Shown here one piece after another: positions 48,282 through 57,811 of a stretch of 64,000 nt of DNA. Positions within the stretch are counted from its first letter, which is position 1, and every line of letters begins with the position of its first letter. The DNA is taken from assembly GCA_963752475.1 (NCBI GenBank), contig CAVVYR010000006.1, positions 512,001 to 576,000 of the forward strand. The letters are read 5' to 3'. Made by a program: the position numbers and the translations under genes. Source of the DNA: an uncultured Chloroflexia bacterium (GTDB lineage: Bacteria > Chloroflexota > Limnocylindria > Limnocylindrales > CSP1-4). The notes beneath the pieces are model-generated. The model was not told where the DNA came from. It ran no database searches and worked only from the letters and a program-made list of their open reading frames with translations.

Positions 48282-49033
48282 GCGGACGGGGCTTGCGGGT
48301 CGACATCGACGGGCTCGAGCTGCGCTACGACGAGGCGCTCATCCTGGCCGACATCGACCTGCACATCGAACCCGGGGAGCGTCTCTGTCTCGTCGGGCCC
48401 AACGGCGCAGGCAAGTCGAGCCTGCTGCGCTGCCTCACCGGCCTGGCCGATCCGACCGAAGGCCTCGTGCGGTTGGATGAGGTGCCGTTGGCCGAGATCG
48501 AGCGCTCGAAGCTGGCGCAGACGATCTCGGTCGTGCCCAGCCAGGTGGACCTGCCGTTCTCGATGCCGGTCGAGGACGTGGTCAAGCTGGGTCGCATCCC
48601 GCACGAGAACCCGTTCACCGGTCAGACCGACGAGGACCGGGCGGCGGCCGACGCCGCCATCCGGCGCGTGGGCATCGAGAGACTTCGCGGACGCGACGTG
48701 CGCTCGCTCTCGATGGGTGAGAAGCAACTGGTGCTGGTGGCCATGGCCGTGGCCCAGGGCGGCCGCCTCATCGTGCTCGACGAGCCCACCGTCCACCTCG
48801 ACCTGCGTCACCAGGTGGAGGTGCTTCAGCTCATCGAGGGCCTGGCCGATGATGGGCTGACGGTCCTGGCCGTGCTGCATGACCTGCCCCTGGCGGCGCA
48901 CTTCTTCCCGCGTCTGGTGCTGCTCGATGAGGGCCGCATCGTGGCCGACGGCTCATCCGCCGAGGTGCTGTCACCAGACCGCATCCGCGAGGTCTACCAG
49001 GTCGATCCCCGCTTCGTGCCCGCGCTGACCTAG
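48278..49033 (+). CDS. btuD: Cobalamin/iron-chelate ABC ATPase
   Basis: GPNGAGKS, LSMGE, LDEPTVHLD and VLHDL motifs. Confidence 0.85.
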   Translation: MSGRGLRVDIDGLELRYDEALILADIDLHIEPGERLCLVGPNGAGKSSLLRCLTGLADPTEGLVRLDEVPLAEIERSKLAQTISVVPSQVDLPFSMPVEDVVKLGRIPHENPFTGQTDEDRAAADAAIRRVGIERLRGRDVRSLSMGEKQLVLVAMAVAQGGRLIVLDEPTVHLDLRHQVEVLQLIEGLADDGLTVLAVLHDLPLAAHFFPRLVLLDEGRIVADGSSAEVLSPDRIREVYQVDPRFVPALT

Positions 49034-49425
49034 ATCGGGTCGCCGTAGCCGAGGACCTTCACGCCGAAGGGCTCGAAGTCACGCGGGTTGCGGGTCACCA
49101 CGGTCGCATCCATGCGCCACGCGACCGCGGCGATGAGGGAGTCACCCAGCGGGCTTCGCCGACCCGCAGCGCGGAGCTTGCGACGTCGGTCGCCGGCCCA
49201 GCGGGCTCCGTCCGGATCGAGGGCCAGGTACTCCAGGGCGCCGAGGAACCGACCGATCGACTGTCGTTCCTGGTGGGAGCCTCCGGCCAGTGCCTCACTC
49301 GTGGTGATGTCGCAGCTGAATAGCTCGCCGGTCTCGGCGAACAGGCGAGCGACCATCGCGACGCCGTCGCTGCGTCCGGTGGCGTGGTCGATGACGAGCG
49401 TCGTGTCGAGGAGATAGCCGCTCAA
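49030..49425 (-). CDS. vapC: VapC PIN-domain toxin
   Basis: YLLDT, E, DSLIAA and VTRNPRDF motifs. Confidence 0.88.
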   Translation of the reverse strand: MSGYLLDTTLVIDHATGRSDGVAMVARLFAETGELFSCDITTSEALAGGSHQERQSIGRFLGALEYLALDPDGARWAGDRRRKLRAAGRRSPLGDSLIAAVAWRMDATVVTRNPRDFEPFGVKVLGYGDPI

Positions 49426-49664
49426 CGCTCGCCCTCCTCGCGTAGCTCGCGGACCCAGCGGTAGGTGGCCTCCGCGGTCGGCCAGGTCTTGGAGTCCGTG
49501 ATCGCGCCACGCGTCTCCTCGATGACGCGGCCGAGGTTCTCCCTACGGGCACGGGCCTGAACGGCATCGACGATCCAGGCGCTGCGGCCTCCCTCGCCGG
49601 CGAACTCGTCTACCCGCTCGAGCAACTCCTCGGGCAGCGTGATCGTGGTCCGAACCATGGCCAT
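49422..49664 (-). CDS. vapB: RHH/CopG-type antitoxin (VapB)
   Basis: RTTITLPEELLERVD...RSAWI; overlaps the vapC start. Confidence 0.82.
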   Translation of the reverse strand: MAMVRTTITLPEELLERVDEFAGEGGRSAWIVDAVQARARRENLGRVIEETRGAITDSKTWPTAEATYRWVRELREEGER

Positions 49665-49673
49665 CGGTTCTCC

Positions 49674-49707
49674 AGTATGCGACCGAGTATGCAGCCGCAT
49701 CATACTC
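49674..49707. promoter_or_regulatory. Probable VapBC operator
   Basis: agtatgc twice (49674, 49686) and inverted gagtatg/catactc (49685-91/49701-07) just upstream of vapB. Confidence 0.6.
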
Positions 49708-49807
49708 CTGCCAGCTCCTGGTGGCTTGCCGCCCGGCGGGCGAACGCGACGAGCTGGCCATCAGGGATGAGCCCGCTGTGACCGCGGGGCGCTCCCGAGC
49801 TGGAGCG

Positions 49808-51001
49808 CTACTCGCGCTTGCGGGGCGGGTCGAAGAAGGGCAACTCCACGACCTCCGCGCCGATGCTGCCCCGCACTCCTTCGACGGACCACTCCATCTC
49901 GAGCTCGGTGCCGATCTCGGCCGATGCTGCTTTGACCGTGCCGATGGCCAGGTTCTTCTTCAACACCAGGCTCCACGAGCCGCTGGTCGCACGTCCGACC
50001 TGCTCGCCGAAGTCGTAGATCGGGATCTCATCGCGCCAGGCGTTGGCCGAGAGCGCAGGCGACAGCCCCTGCTTCGCATACAGCCGCTCGAGGTCCGCCC
50101 AGTCGAGGTCCAGCCCGACGAGCCGCCGTGGCGGACCGCCGGCTTCGGCCTCTCTGCGCAGCGCGGCCTGGCCCACGAAGGGCACCTCCTTGTCGAGCTT
50201 GACGAGGCCACCGAGGCCCAGTTCGAAGGGGGAGTAGCTCTGCTCCGGGGTCAGCGCATGGTGGACCGAGGTGTAGTCGACGCCGGCCATGATGAGCCCG
50301 GCCTCGACGCGCACGACGTCGAGCGCGAGGATGCCGGCGGGCCGGATGGCGTAGGCCGTGCCGGTCTCCATGAGCGCGTCCCAAACAGCCGTCGCACCCT
50401 CCACCGGGATCCACAGCTCGTAGCCGAGGTCGCCGGTGTAGCCGGTGCGGCTCACGTCGATGGTGACGCCCGCGATCTCCAACTCCCGGCGCCCGAAGTA
50501 GCGCAGATCGCTGAGATCGGTCTGTGCTGTCGACTGGAGCACCTCCCGTGCCAGCGGGCCCTGCAGCGCCAGCGCGCCGAGCGCGTCGGTCACGTCTTCG
50601 ATCTCGACGTCGAGGCCGCGCGAATTGAGCCTGAGCCAGCGGTACTGACCCTCCGCCGCGGTCCAGAACCACGAGGCGTCGTCCATGCGCATGAGCGTGC
50701 CGTCGTCGATGACGCGACCCTGGCTGTCACACCACGGGGTGTAGATGACCCGGCCCGGCTTGACTCCTGCGGCCGAGCGCGTGATGACGCGATCGACAAG
50801 GCGGTCGGCATCGGGGCCGGACAAGCGGTACTTGAAGAGGGGTGAGACATCGATGAGCGCGGCCGCATTGCGGATGGCGTTGTATTCGATGTCGATATGC
50901 GGCGCATACGCGCTCGAGCTGAACACCCCCGACCATTCACGCCACTGTCGCCGGACGTTCAGCTCGAGGGCTCGCTCGTCAAAGGCTGATCCGACTGACA
51001 T
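49808..51001 (-). CDS. GcvT-like aminomethyltransferase/demethylase family protein
   Basis: EYNAIRN..LIDVS, LALQGP, SRTGYTGDLGYE and RVEAG motifs; no gcvH or gcvP nearby. Confidence 0.85.
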   Translation of the reverse strand: MSVGSAFDERALELNVRRQWREWSGVFSSSAYAPHIDIEYNAIRNAAALIDVSPLFKYRLSGPDADRLVDRVITRSAAGVKPGRVIYTPWCDSQGRVIDDGTLMRMDDASWFWTAAEGQYRWLRLNSRGLDVEIEDVTDALGALALQGPLAREVLQSTAQTDLSDLRYFGRRELEIAGVTIDVSRTGYTGDLGYELWIPVEGATAVWDALMETGTAYAIRPAGILALDVVRVEAGLIMAGVDYTSVHHALTPEQSYSPFELGLGGLVKLDKEVPFVGQAALRREAEAGGPPRRLVGLDLDWADLERLYAKQGLSPALSANAWRDEIPIYDFGEQVGRATSGSWSLVLKKNLAIGTVKAASAEIGTELEMEWSVEGVRGSIGAEVVELPFFDPPRKRE

Positions 51002-51158
51002 GGACAGAGTCTAGGCCGCCCGAAGCGCGCGGATGCGACCGACCCGCAACCCGGCTGGGCGGGTAGCATGAGGCCAAGTCCGGCGACACCTCCCTGTCGT
51101 CGAGGGCGCGTGGGGGACCCGGCCGCCAGGCCGGTGAGACGCGCCGAGCGAGGAGAAC

Positions 51159-52760
51159 GTGCCACAACGCTACGACGCGGTCGTCATCGGTGGCGGCCAC
51201 AACGGCCTCATCAGCGGCGCCTACCTATCGAAGGCGGGTCTCAAGACGCTCGTGCTCGAGCGTCGGGAGGTCCTGGGCGGAGCGACGCTCACGATGGAGG
51301 TCTTCCCCGGCTTCCGCTTCAGCGTGCTCTCGTACGTGGTCAGCCTCCTGCGTCCGGAGATCATCCGCGACCTGCAGCTGCCCAAGCACGGCCTGCACAT
51401 CCTCCCGCTCGACGGGACCTTCACGCCCACCGACGGGGACCACCTCTGGCGCACCGATGACCACGCCCACACGATGCGCGAGCTGCGCCGCTGGTCCATC
51501 AACGACGCCGAGGCCTACGAGGAGTACGGCCAGCTGATGGCGCAGATGGCGCGCTTCATCAAGCCCATCCTCGCGATGACCCCGACCGACCTGCGACGGC
51601 CGGACCCACGTGACGCGGCCGACCTCGGCTCGCTGGTCAAGGACTTCTCCCAGCTGCCGCGCAAGCAGCAGCTGACGTTCGTGCAACTGATGACGATGAG
51701 CGCGGCCGAGTTCCTCGATCGCTGGTTCGAGACCGCCCCGCTGAAGGGCACGATGAGCGCCAGCGGCATCATCGGCACCAACCTTGGCGTGCACTCACCC
51801 GGCACGGCCTACGTCCTGCTGCACCACTACATGGGTGAGATCGACGGCGCCTTCCGCGCCTGGGGCATCCCCAAGGGTGGCACCGGCGGCGTGGCTGCCG
51901 CCATCGCTTCGGCGGCTCGTGCGCTGGGCACCGAGATCCGCACCGAGGCGCCGGTCTCCGAGATCCTCGTCAAGGAGGGGAAGGCTACCGGTGTCGTGCT
52001 CGAGGATGGCGAGGAGATCGAGGCCACGCACGTGCTTTCGACCCTCGACGCCAAGCGCACGTTCCTGGACGTCGTGCCCAGCGGCACGCTGCCGCCTGAC
52101 TTCGAGGCCGAGGTCAAGCGCTTCCGCTTCCGCGGCTCGAGCGGCAAGGTCAACCTCGCGCTCGATGGGCTGCCATCGTTCATCTCGCTGCCAGGCCCCG
52201 GCGAGCATCTCCGTGGGGCCATGAGCTTCAGCCCCTCGGTCGAATACATGGAGACGGCCTACGACGATGCCAAGGCCGGCCGCTTCAGCCGCAAGCCCTA
52301 CATCGACATGATCATCCCCACGTTGGTCGATCCCACCATGGCCCCACCCGGCAAACACGTCATGAGCTGCTTCGTGCACTGGGCGCCGTACCACCTCGCC
52401 GAGGACCAGGGCACCTGGGACGACCAGAAGGAGGCCTTCGGCGACGCGGTCATCGACGTCATCGCCGAGCGGGCTCCGAACATCCGCGACATCATCCTGC
52501 ACCGTCAGGTCATGACCCCCCTCGACATGGAGCGGGACGTGGGCCTGACCGAGGGCAACATCTTCCAGGGTGAGCTCACGCTCGAACAGCTCTTCTTCAA
52601 CCGCCCGGTCCCGGGTTGGAGCCGCTTCGAGACACCGCTCGAGAACTTCTGGCTGGCCGGATCCTCGACCCATCCGGGCGGCGGGATCATGGGTGCCAAC
52701 GGACGCATCGCGGCCATGAAGGTGCTCCAACAGATGAAGCGGACGGGGGGTGCCGCATGA
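51159..52760 (+). CDS. Phytoene-dehydrogenase-like FAD oxidoreductase A
   Basis: IGGGHNGL Rossmann motif, GNIFQGE and HPGGGIMG. Confidence 0.85.
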   Translation: MPQRYDAVVIGGGHNGLISGAYLSKAGLKTLVLERREVLGGATLTMEVFPGFRFSVLSYVVSLLRPEIIRDLQLPKHGLHILPLDGTFTPTDGDHLWRTDDHAHTMRELRRWSINDAEAYEEYGQLMAQMARFIKPILAMTPTDLRRPDPRDAADLGSLVKDFSQLPRKQQLTFVQLMTMSAAEFLDRWFETAPLKGTMSASGIIGTNLGVHSPGTAYVLLHHYMGEIDGAFRAWGIPKGGTGGVAAAIASAARALGTEIRTEAPVSEILVKEGKATGVVLEDGEEIEATHVLSTLDAKRTFLDVVPSGTLPPDFEAEVKRFRFRGSSGKVNLALDGLPSFISLPGPGEHLRGAMSFSPSVEYMETAYDDAKAGRFSRKPYIDMIIPTLVDPTMAPPGKHVMSCFVHWAPYHLAEDQGTWDDQKEAFGDAVIDVIAERAPNIRDIILHRQVMTPLDMERDVGLTEGNIFQGELTLEQLFFNRPVPGWSRFETPLENFWLAGSSTHPGGGIMGANGRIAAMKVLQQMKRTGGAA

Positions 52761-54373
52761 CCACGCAGCGCTGGGATGCCATCGTCGTCGGTGGCGGCCA
52801 CAACGGCCTCGTCGCCGCGGCCTACCTTGGCCGTGCCGGCCTCCGCACCCTGCTACTCGAGCAACGCGAGTCGGTCGGTGGCGCCCTGGGCACCTCCGAG
52901 ATCGCACCTTCTGCTCGCGTACCGACGCTGGCCCACACCGTCGGCCGCCTGACGCCGGCGGTGGCGCGGGAGTTGGAGCTCTCCAAGCACGGGCTGCGCC
53001 TGGTGCAGCCGGCCGCGCTGGCCACATCCGTCGGCGGCGACGGTGCGCCCATCACCCTGTGGAACGATCCCGCACGCACGGCCGCCGGCCTGGGCGCGGT
53101 GTCGGCTGCCGACGCCGCGGCCTGGGGACCGTTCGACGCGGAGGTCCGGGCGCTGGCCTCGACCCTCTGGCGACTGCTCCTGATGACGCCGCCGGACACG
53201 AAGGAGGCCAATCCAGACGTGCTCGCGGCTGGGCTGAAGTTCGGCTGGCGCTATCGCCAGCTGGAGCCTCGCCACGCGCGCGAGTTCACGCGTATGTTGC
53301 CCACGGCCATCGCCGATTACCTCGAGGACAACCTCCAGACCGACGCCTTGCGGGCGCTCATCGCCACGCGCGGTGTGCGGTACACCGCCATGAGCCCGCA
53401 CCACGGTGGCACCTCTGCGGTGATGCTGACCGACTCGGCCGGCAACCACGGGGGTGCGGCCGGCGAGACCGTCTACGCCCGGGGTGGCCCCGGCGCGTTG
53501 GCGGCGGCCATCGCCGAAGCGGCTCGAACCGCCGGTGTCGAGATCCGCACCGGTGCCCAGGTCGTCGCCTTCCGTGACGACCACGAGTCGATGCAGGGCG
53601 TGGCCCTCGCGGACGGCACCGAGCTGGAGACGAGGGTCGTGGTCAGCGGGCTCGATCCGCGCACGACACTCCAGGTGCTCACTGACCCCGAGACGCTCGG
53701 GCCCGAGCTGGGCTGGGAGGTCGACAACCTCCGCGACAAGGGCGTGACCGCCAAGGTCAACCTGGCCCTGGCCGACCTGCCCCACTTCGAAGGCCTCGAT
53801 GGCGACGATGGCGCGACACGACTGCGTGGACGCCTCGTCCTCGCGCCCTCGCTGCGCTACCTCGACCAGGCGGCCGATGCGGCCAAGTACGGTCGGATCA
53901 GCGAGGCGCCCTGGCTGGAGGCGACGATCCCCAGCCTCGTCGACCCGTTGCTCGTCGACGGTGCCGCGGCCAGCGGCGTGAAGCACGTCATGAGCGTGCT
54001 CGTGCAGTCGGCCCCGTATGCGCTGCGCGACGACGACTGGGAGAGCCAGCGCGAACCGCTCGGCGATCTCGTGGTCGAGACCCTGGAGCGAGCGGCGCCG
54101 GGCATCAGCAAGCTCGTCGTGGCCCGCGAGGTGTGCACGCCCGTGGACATCGAAGCCCAGTTCGGTGTCAGTGGCGGCCATCCGCTGCACCTGGAGCCGG
54201 GACTCGACCAGTGGTTCGCCTGGCGACCGTTGCTGGGCTACGCCCGACACCGCATGCCGGTCAAGGGGTTGTATCTCGCGGCCGCGGGGGCACACCCCGG
54301 TGGCGGTGTCACCGGTCTGCCCGGCCGGAACGCAGCTGCGGCCGTCCTCGCCGATCTCAAGGGGGAGCGCTAG
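52757..54373 (+). CDS. Phytoene-dehydrogenase-like FAD oxidoreductase B
   Basis: VGGGHNGL and HPGGGVTG motifs; ATGA coupling to paralog A. Confidence 0.85.
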   Translation: MTTQRWDAIVVGGGHNGLVAAAYLGRAGLRTLLLEQRESVGGALGTSEIAPSARVPTLAHTVGRLTPAVARELELSKHGLRLVQPAALATSVGGDGAPITLWNDPARTAAGLGAVSAADAAAWGPFDAEVRALASTLWRLLLMTPPDTKEANPDVLAAGLKFGWRYRQLEPRHAREFTRMLPTAIADYLEDNLQTDALRALIATRGVRYTAMSPHHGGTSAVMLTDSAGNHGGAAGETVYARGGPGALAAAIAEAARTAGVEIRTGAQVVAFRDDHESMQGVALADGTELETRVVVSGLDPRTTLQVLTDPETLGPELGWEVDNLRDKGVTAKVNLALADLPHFEGLDGDDGATRLRGRLVLAPSLRYLDQAADAAKYGRISEAPWLEATIPSLVDPLLVDGAAASGVKHVMSVLVQSAPYALRDDDWESQREPLGDLVVETLERAAPGISKLVVAREVCTPVDIEAQFGVSGGHPLHLEPGLDQWFAWRPLLGYARHRMPVKGLYLAAAGAHPGGGVTGLPGRNAAAAVLADLKGER

Positions 54374-54429
54374 ACACCTCGCGTCAAGGCGGCGCTCGCG
54401 CCGGTGGAGTGACGCTCCACGCCGAGGCG

Positions 54430-55413
54430 CTACTCGGCCGCCGGGTCGTCGCTCGTCGTCTCGACCCGCCACTCCCAGCTGTGGATACGATCGAGCAGCC
54501 GCCGCGCGGTGAGGTCCAGCTGGATGGGCGTGATGGCCACCGCGCCGGTGGAGACCGCGTGGAAGTCGGTCCCGGGGTCGGAGACGCCGGTCGGCGGCGG
54601 GCCGCCGAACCAGTAGTAGGGCACGCCGCGCGGGTCGAGCCGTTCGAGCAGCTTGTCCTGGTAGACACGCTTGCCCATGCGCGTGAGCTCGATCCGCGGT
54701 GGGTCGTCGGCGGCCTGCGCCGGCGTGTTGACGTTGAGCAGCTCACCCTCGCCGAGGCCATGCTCGAGGATGTTGCGCGCGACCATCTGGGCCACCTGCC
54801 CGGCCAGCTCGAAGTCGGGCTCGTCGCTCCATTCCTGGCTCATGGCGAATGCCGGGCAGCTGCTGAGCACGGCTTCCATGGCCGCGCCGACGGTGCCCGA
54901 GTAGGTGATGTCGTCGCCGAGGTTGGAGCCGTAGTTGATGCCTGAGGCCACGAGGTCGAAGCTGATGCCGAAGTAGCCCAGGAAGGCCACGCCCACCGCA
55001 TCGGTCGGGGAGCCGTCGACCGACCAGCCGGTCGAGCCGTCGTCGAGCCGGCGCTCACGGACACGCAGCGGCCGCATGAAGGTCATCGAGTGACCGACGG
55101 CCGACTGGTTCGTGGCCGGGGCCATGACGTAGACATCGCCGATCGGCTCCAGCGCCTGCTTCAGCGCCAACAACCCACGCGACTCGATGCCGTCGTCGTT
55201 GGTCACGAGGATGCGCGGCCGCGTCTCCCACTCGGATAGCGGCTTGGCCTGGCGCGGTGTGGCGCGAGCGGTCGGGATATAGCGGCCGTGCGCTGCGAGG
55301 TCGGTGTGGTCGTCGTAGGCCCCGGTGAGTCCGTCGGCCGGTGTGCCCGACCGGGTTCGCTTCGCGGGCGCGTCGTGGACTTCGCCTGGTGTCAACTCCT
55401 GCTCATCGGTCAT
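54430..55413 (-). CDS. surE: 5'/3'-nucleotidase SurE with an N-terminal extension
   Basis: ILVTNDDG and SGINYGSN...YSGTV motifs. Confidence 0.93.
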   Translation of the reverse strand: MTDEQELTPGEVHDAPAKRTRSGTPADGLTGAYDDHTDLAAHGRYIPTARATPRQAKPLSEWETRPRILVTNDDGIESRGLLALKQALEPIGDVYVMAPATNQSAVGHSMTFMRPLRVRERRLDDGSTGWSVDGSPTDAVGVAFLGYFGISFDLVASGINYGSNLGDDITYSGTVGAAMEAVLSSCPAFAMSQEWSDEPDFELAGQVAQMVARNILEHGLGEGELLNVNTPAQAADDPPRIELTRMGKRVYQDKLLERLDPRGVPYYWFGGPPPTGVSDPGTDFHAVSTGAVAITPIQLDLTARRLLDRIHSWEWRVETTSDDPAAE

Positions 55414-56642
55414 GTCGGCTCCTCGTCATCTGCTGCGGTATCGGTGGAGGTGGCGGGCCCTGTCCTGGTTCCGCCGTGAGGCGAGCCTACGACCGGGGGC
55501 GTCGGGACGCGGACCGGTCGGCCTTGGCGCTCCTCGAGCCGGCGAGCGGCTCGGCTGGTGACGTCACGGGGCCCGCCCTGGCTGCGGTTGAGATAGTGGA
55601 AGAAGAAGGCACTGATGACAGCCGCCACGGGAATGGCGAAGATGGCGCCGATGACGCCCTGCAGGCGCAGGCCGATGAGCACGCTCAGCAGCACCACCAC
55701 CGGGTGGATGCCGACGGCGCTCGACATCACGCGTGGCTGGATGAAGTTCATGGTCACGAACCAGCCGGCCCACATGATGATGAGGATCCAGATGACCGCG
55801 TCGGGCTGGGTCAGCACGGCCGCGATGACCGGTGGCGACCACGACACGAACGGCCCGAAGAACGGGATGAACTGGAAGAACGCCACGAGGGCCGTGGTCA
55901 ACGGCATGTACTCGATGTCGAGCACGAAGCTGCCGGCCGCCGCCACCGAGCCCAGCACCAGGGCCTGGATGGCCTGGCCCCGCATGAAGCCGCCGAAGGA
56001 GGAGGCCACGCTGGTCCGGAACAGGCGCATCTCCGGCGCGTAGCGCGGGGGCGTGATGCGGTTCACGAAGCCGAGCAGGTTGTCCTTGTCGACGACGATG
56101 AAGAGCGACAGGAAGATCATGATCACGAGGTTGCCCAGCACGCCCAGGCTGGCGAAGGCTACGTCCTGCAGCGGGCCCACGAACTGGCCCGATGAGCGCG
56201 CCAGCTCCTGCAGGCCCTGGTCAAGGACGACCTCGAGATCGACCTGCAGGCTAAGGTCGTCGAGCCGCTGCTGCCAGGGAGCGACGATCTCGGGCACGCG
56301 CTCCTGCAGCGAGGGCAGCTCATCGGTGAAGTCGACGATGGAGTTGGCGAGGCCAGTGGCGATGATCAGCCCGAGACCGATGAGCACGATGAAGAGGAGG
56401 CCGTAGACCACGACCACCGGGATCAGGCGTGGGACCGCCGGAGCGAGGCGTCCGAAGCCGTCGACGACCGGGTTGAGCACGAAGGCGAAGACCCAGGCCA
56501 TCACCACGATGAGGATGATGTCGCTGAAGTAGACGATGACGTCCGCGGCGAGGTTGATGAAGACCAGGCCGACGGTAAGGGTGGCCAGGATCAGGAGCGC
56601 ACGGATCCAGCGCCCTTCCTGCTCGATGAGCCGGGACAACAT
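55410..56642 (-). CDS. AI-2E (PerM/UPF0118) family transporter
   Basis: LNPVV, FMRGQ, FIPFFGP, QPRVM..VGIHP and FAIP motifs. Confidence 0.88.
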   Translation of the reverse strand: MLSRLIEQEGRWIRALLILATLTVGLVFINLAADVIVYFSDIILIVVMAWVFAFVLNPVVDGFGRLAPAVPRLIPVVVVYGLLFIVLIGLGLIIATGLANSIVDFTDELPSLQERVPEIVAPWQQRLDDLSLQVDLEVVLDQGLQELARSSGQFVGPLQDVAFASLGVLGNLVIMIFLSLFIVVDKDNLLGFVNRITPPRYAPEMRLFRTSVASSFGGFMRGQAIQALVLGSVAAAGSFVLDIEYMPLTTALVAFFQFIPFFGPFVSWSPPVIAAVLTQPDAVIWILIIMWAGWFVTMNFIQPRVMSSAVGIHPVVVLLSVLIGLRLQGVIGAIFAIPVAAVISAFFFHYLNRSQGGPRDVTSRAARRLEERQGRPVRVPTPPVVGSPHGGTRTGPATSTDTAADDEEPT

Positions 56643-56687
56643 GGGCCGAGTCTACTCTGAGCCGACGGGCATCCAGCCGTCCTCAGG

Positions 56688-57722
56688 CTAGCGGCGGGGC
56701 GCCAACCCCATGCGCTCGTGACACTCGGCCAGCGTGTCGGCGGCCTTCGGTGCGAGCGTGTCCGCGCCGGCTGCGAGGATCTCCTCCACGAGGCCCGGCT
56801 TGGCCTTCAGCTCGGCGTATCGCTCGCGCGCCTCGCCGAAGTAGCCCAGCATGCGCTCGACGAGCAGCTTCTTGGTGGCTACGCAACCGGTGGTGGCGCT
56901 GCGCTCGCCCTCCCAGATGTCCTCGTAGTCATCGGGGCTGAAGATCCGGTGCATCTGGCACACGTTGCAGACCTCCGGGCGACCCGGGTCAGACAGGCGC
57001 TGGCGCTGGGTGTCGGTGACCATCGACATGACCTGCTTCCGGATGGTGTCCTCGTCGGCGAAGATCTCGATGACGTTGCCGAGTGACTTGGACATCTTGG
57101 ACTCGCCGTCGGTGCCCTTGACGATGGGCGCCTCGCTGAACACCGCCTGCGGCTCGGGGAAGGTCTCGCCGTAGCGGCTGTTGAAGGCGCGGACGATCTC
57201 TCGCGCCAGCTCCAGGTGCGCCGCCTGGTCCTTGCCCACAGGCACGTAGTCAGCCTTGTAGATGGCGATGTCCGCCGCCTGCAGCACGGGGTAGTTGAAG
57301 AGCGCGAGGTTGACGTCGTCGGGCTGGACCCGCCGCTTCTCCTTGAACGAGGGTGTGCGTTCGACCCAGCCCATGGGCGTGACCGAGGCGAAGAGCCACA
57401 TCAGCTCGATGTGCTCGAGCCGATCGGACTGGCGGAAGAGCACGGCCTTGTCGGGATCGAGACCCAGCGCCAGCAGGCCCAACGCCATCTCGTTGGTCGC
57501 GACCCGGATGAGCTCGGCGTCGTGGGTCGATGTCAGCGCGTGGTAGTCGACGATGCAGTAGATGGCGTCGAAGCCGTCCTGCATGGCGATGTAGTTGCTG
57601 AAGGCACCGAGGTGGTTGCCCACGTGCGGCAGGCCGCTGGGCTGGACGCCGCTGAAGACGCGTCCGCCACTCCCCGGCTTCGGGCTGGCGCTGGTGGTGG
57701 GCTGAGTCATGGTGTCGGTCAT
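56688..57722 (-). CDS. trpS: Tryptophanyl-tRNA synthetase
   Basis: SGVQPSG..HVGN, YPVLQAADI, VGKDQ and KMSKS motifs. Confidence 0.96.
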   Translation of the reverse strand: MTDTMTQPTTSASPKPGSGGRVFSGVQPSGLPHVGNHLGAFSNYIAMQDGFDAIYCIVDYHALTSTHDAELIRVATNEMALGLLALGLDPDKAVLFRQSDRLEHIELMWLFASVTPMGWVERTPSFKEKRRVQPDDVNLALFNYPVLQAADIAIYKADYVPVGKDQAAHLELAREIVRAFNSRYGETFPEPQAVFSEAPIVKGTDGESKMSKSLGNVIEIFADEDTIRKQVMSMVTDTQRQRLSDPGRPEVCNVCQMHRIFSPDDYEDIWEGERSATTGCVATKKLLVERMLGYFGEARERYAELKAKPGLVEEILAAGADTLAPKAADTLAECHERMGLAPRR

Positions 57723-57811
57723 GGGTACTCGAGTGAAGTCGGGGTGGGTCGCGCGGCCGAGAGCCGTCGCCGCCCGACTCTAGCAGGCGTGCGCTGCGCT
57801 ACGATCGGGCC

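Noticed and set aside
51159-54373. Carotenoid biosynthesis (crtI) cluster
   Set aside because: No phytoene synthase, GGPP synthase or cyclase nearby; the context points to a GcvT-linked role.
57723-57811. T-box or attenuator for trpS or the thr genes
   Set aside because: The spacer is only 89 bp, has no T-box consensus or leader peptide, and hom appears leaderless.
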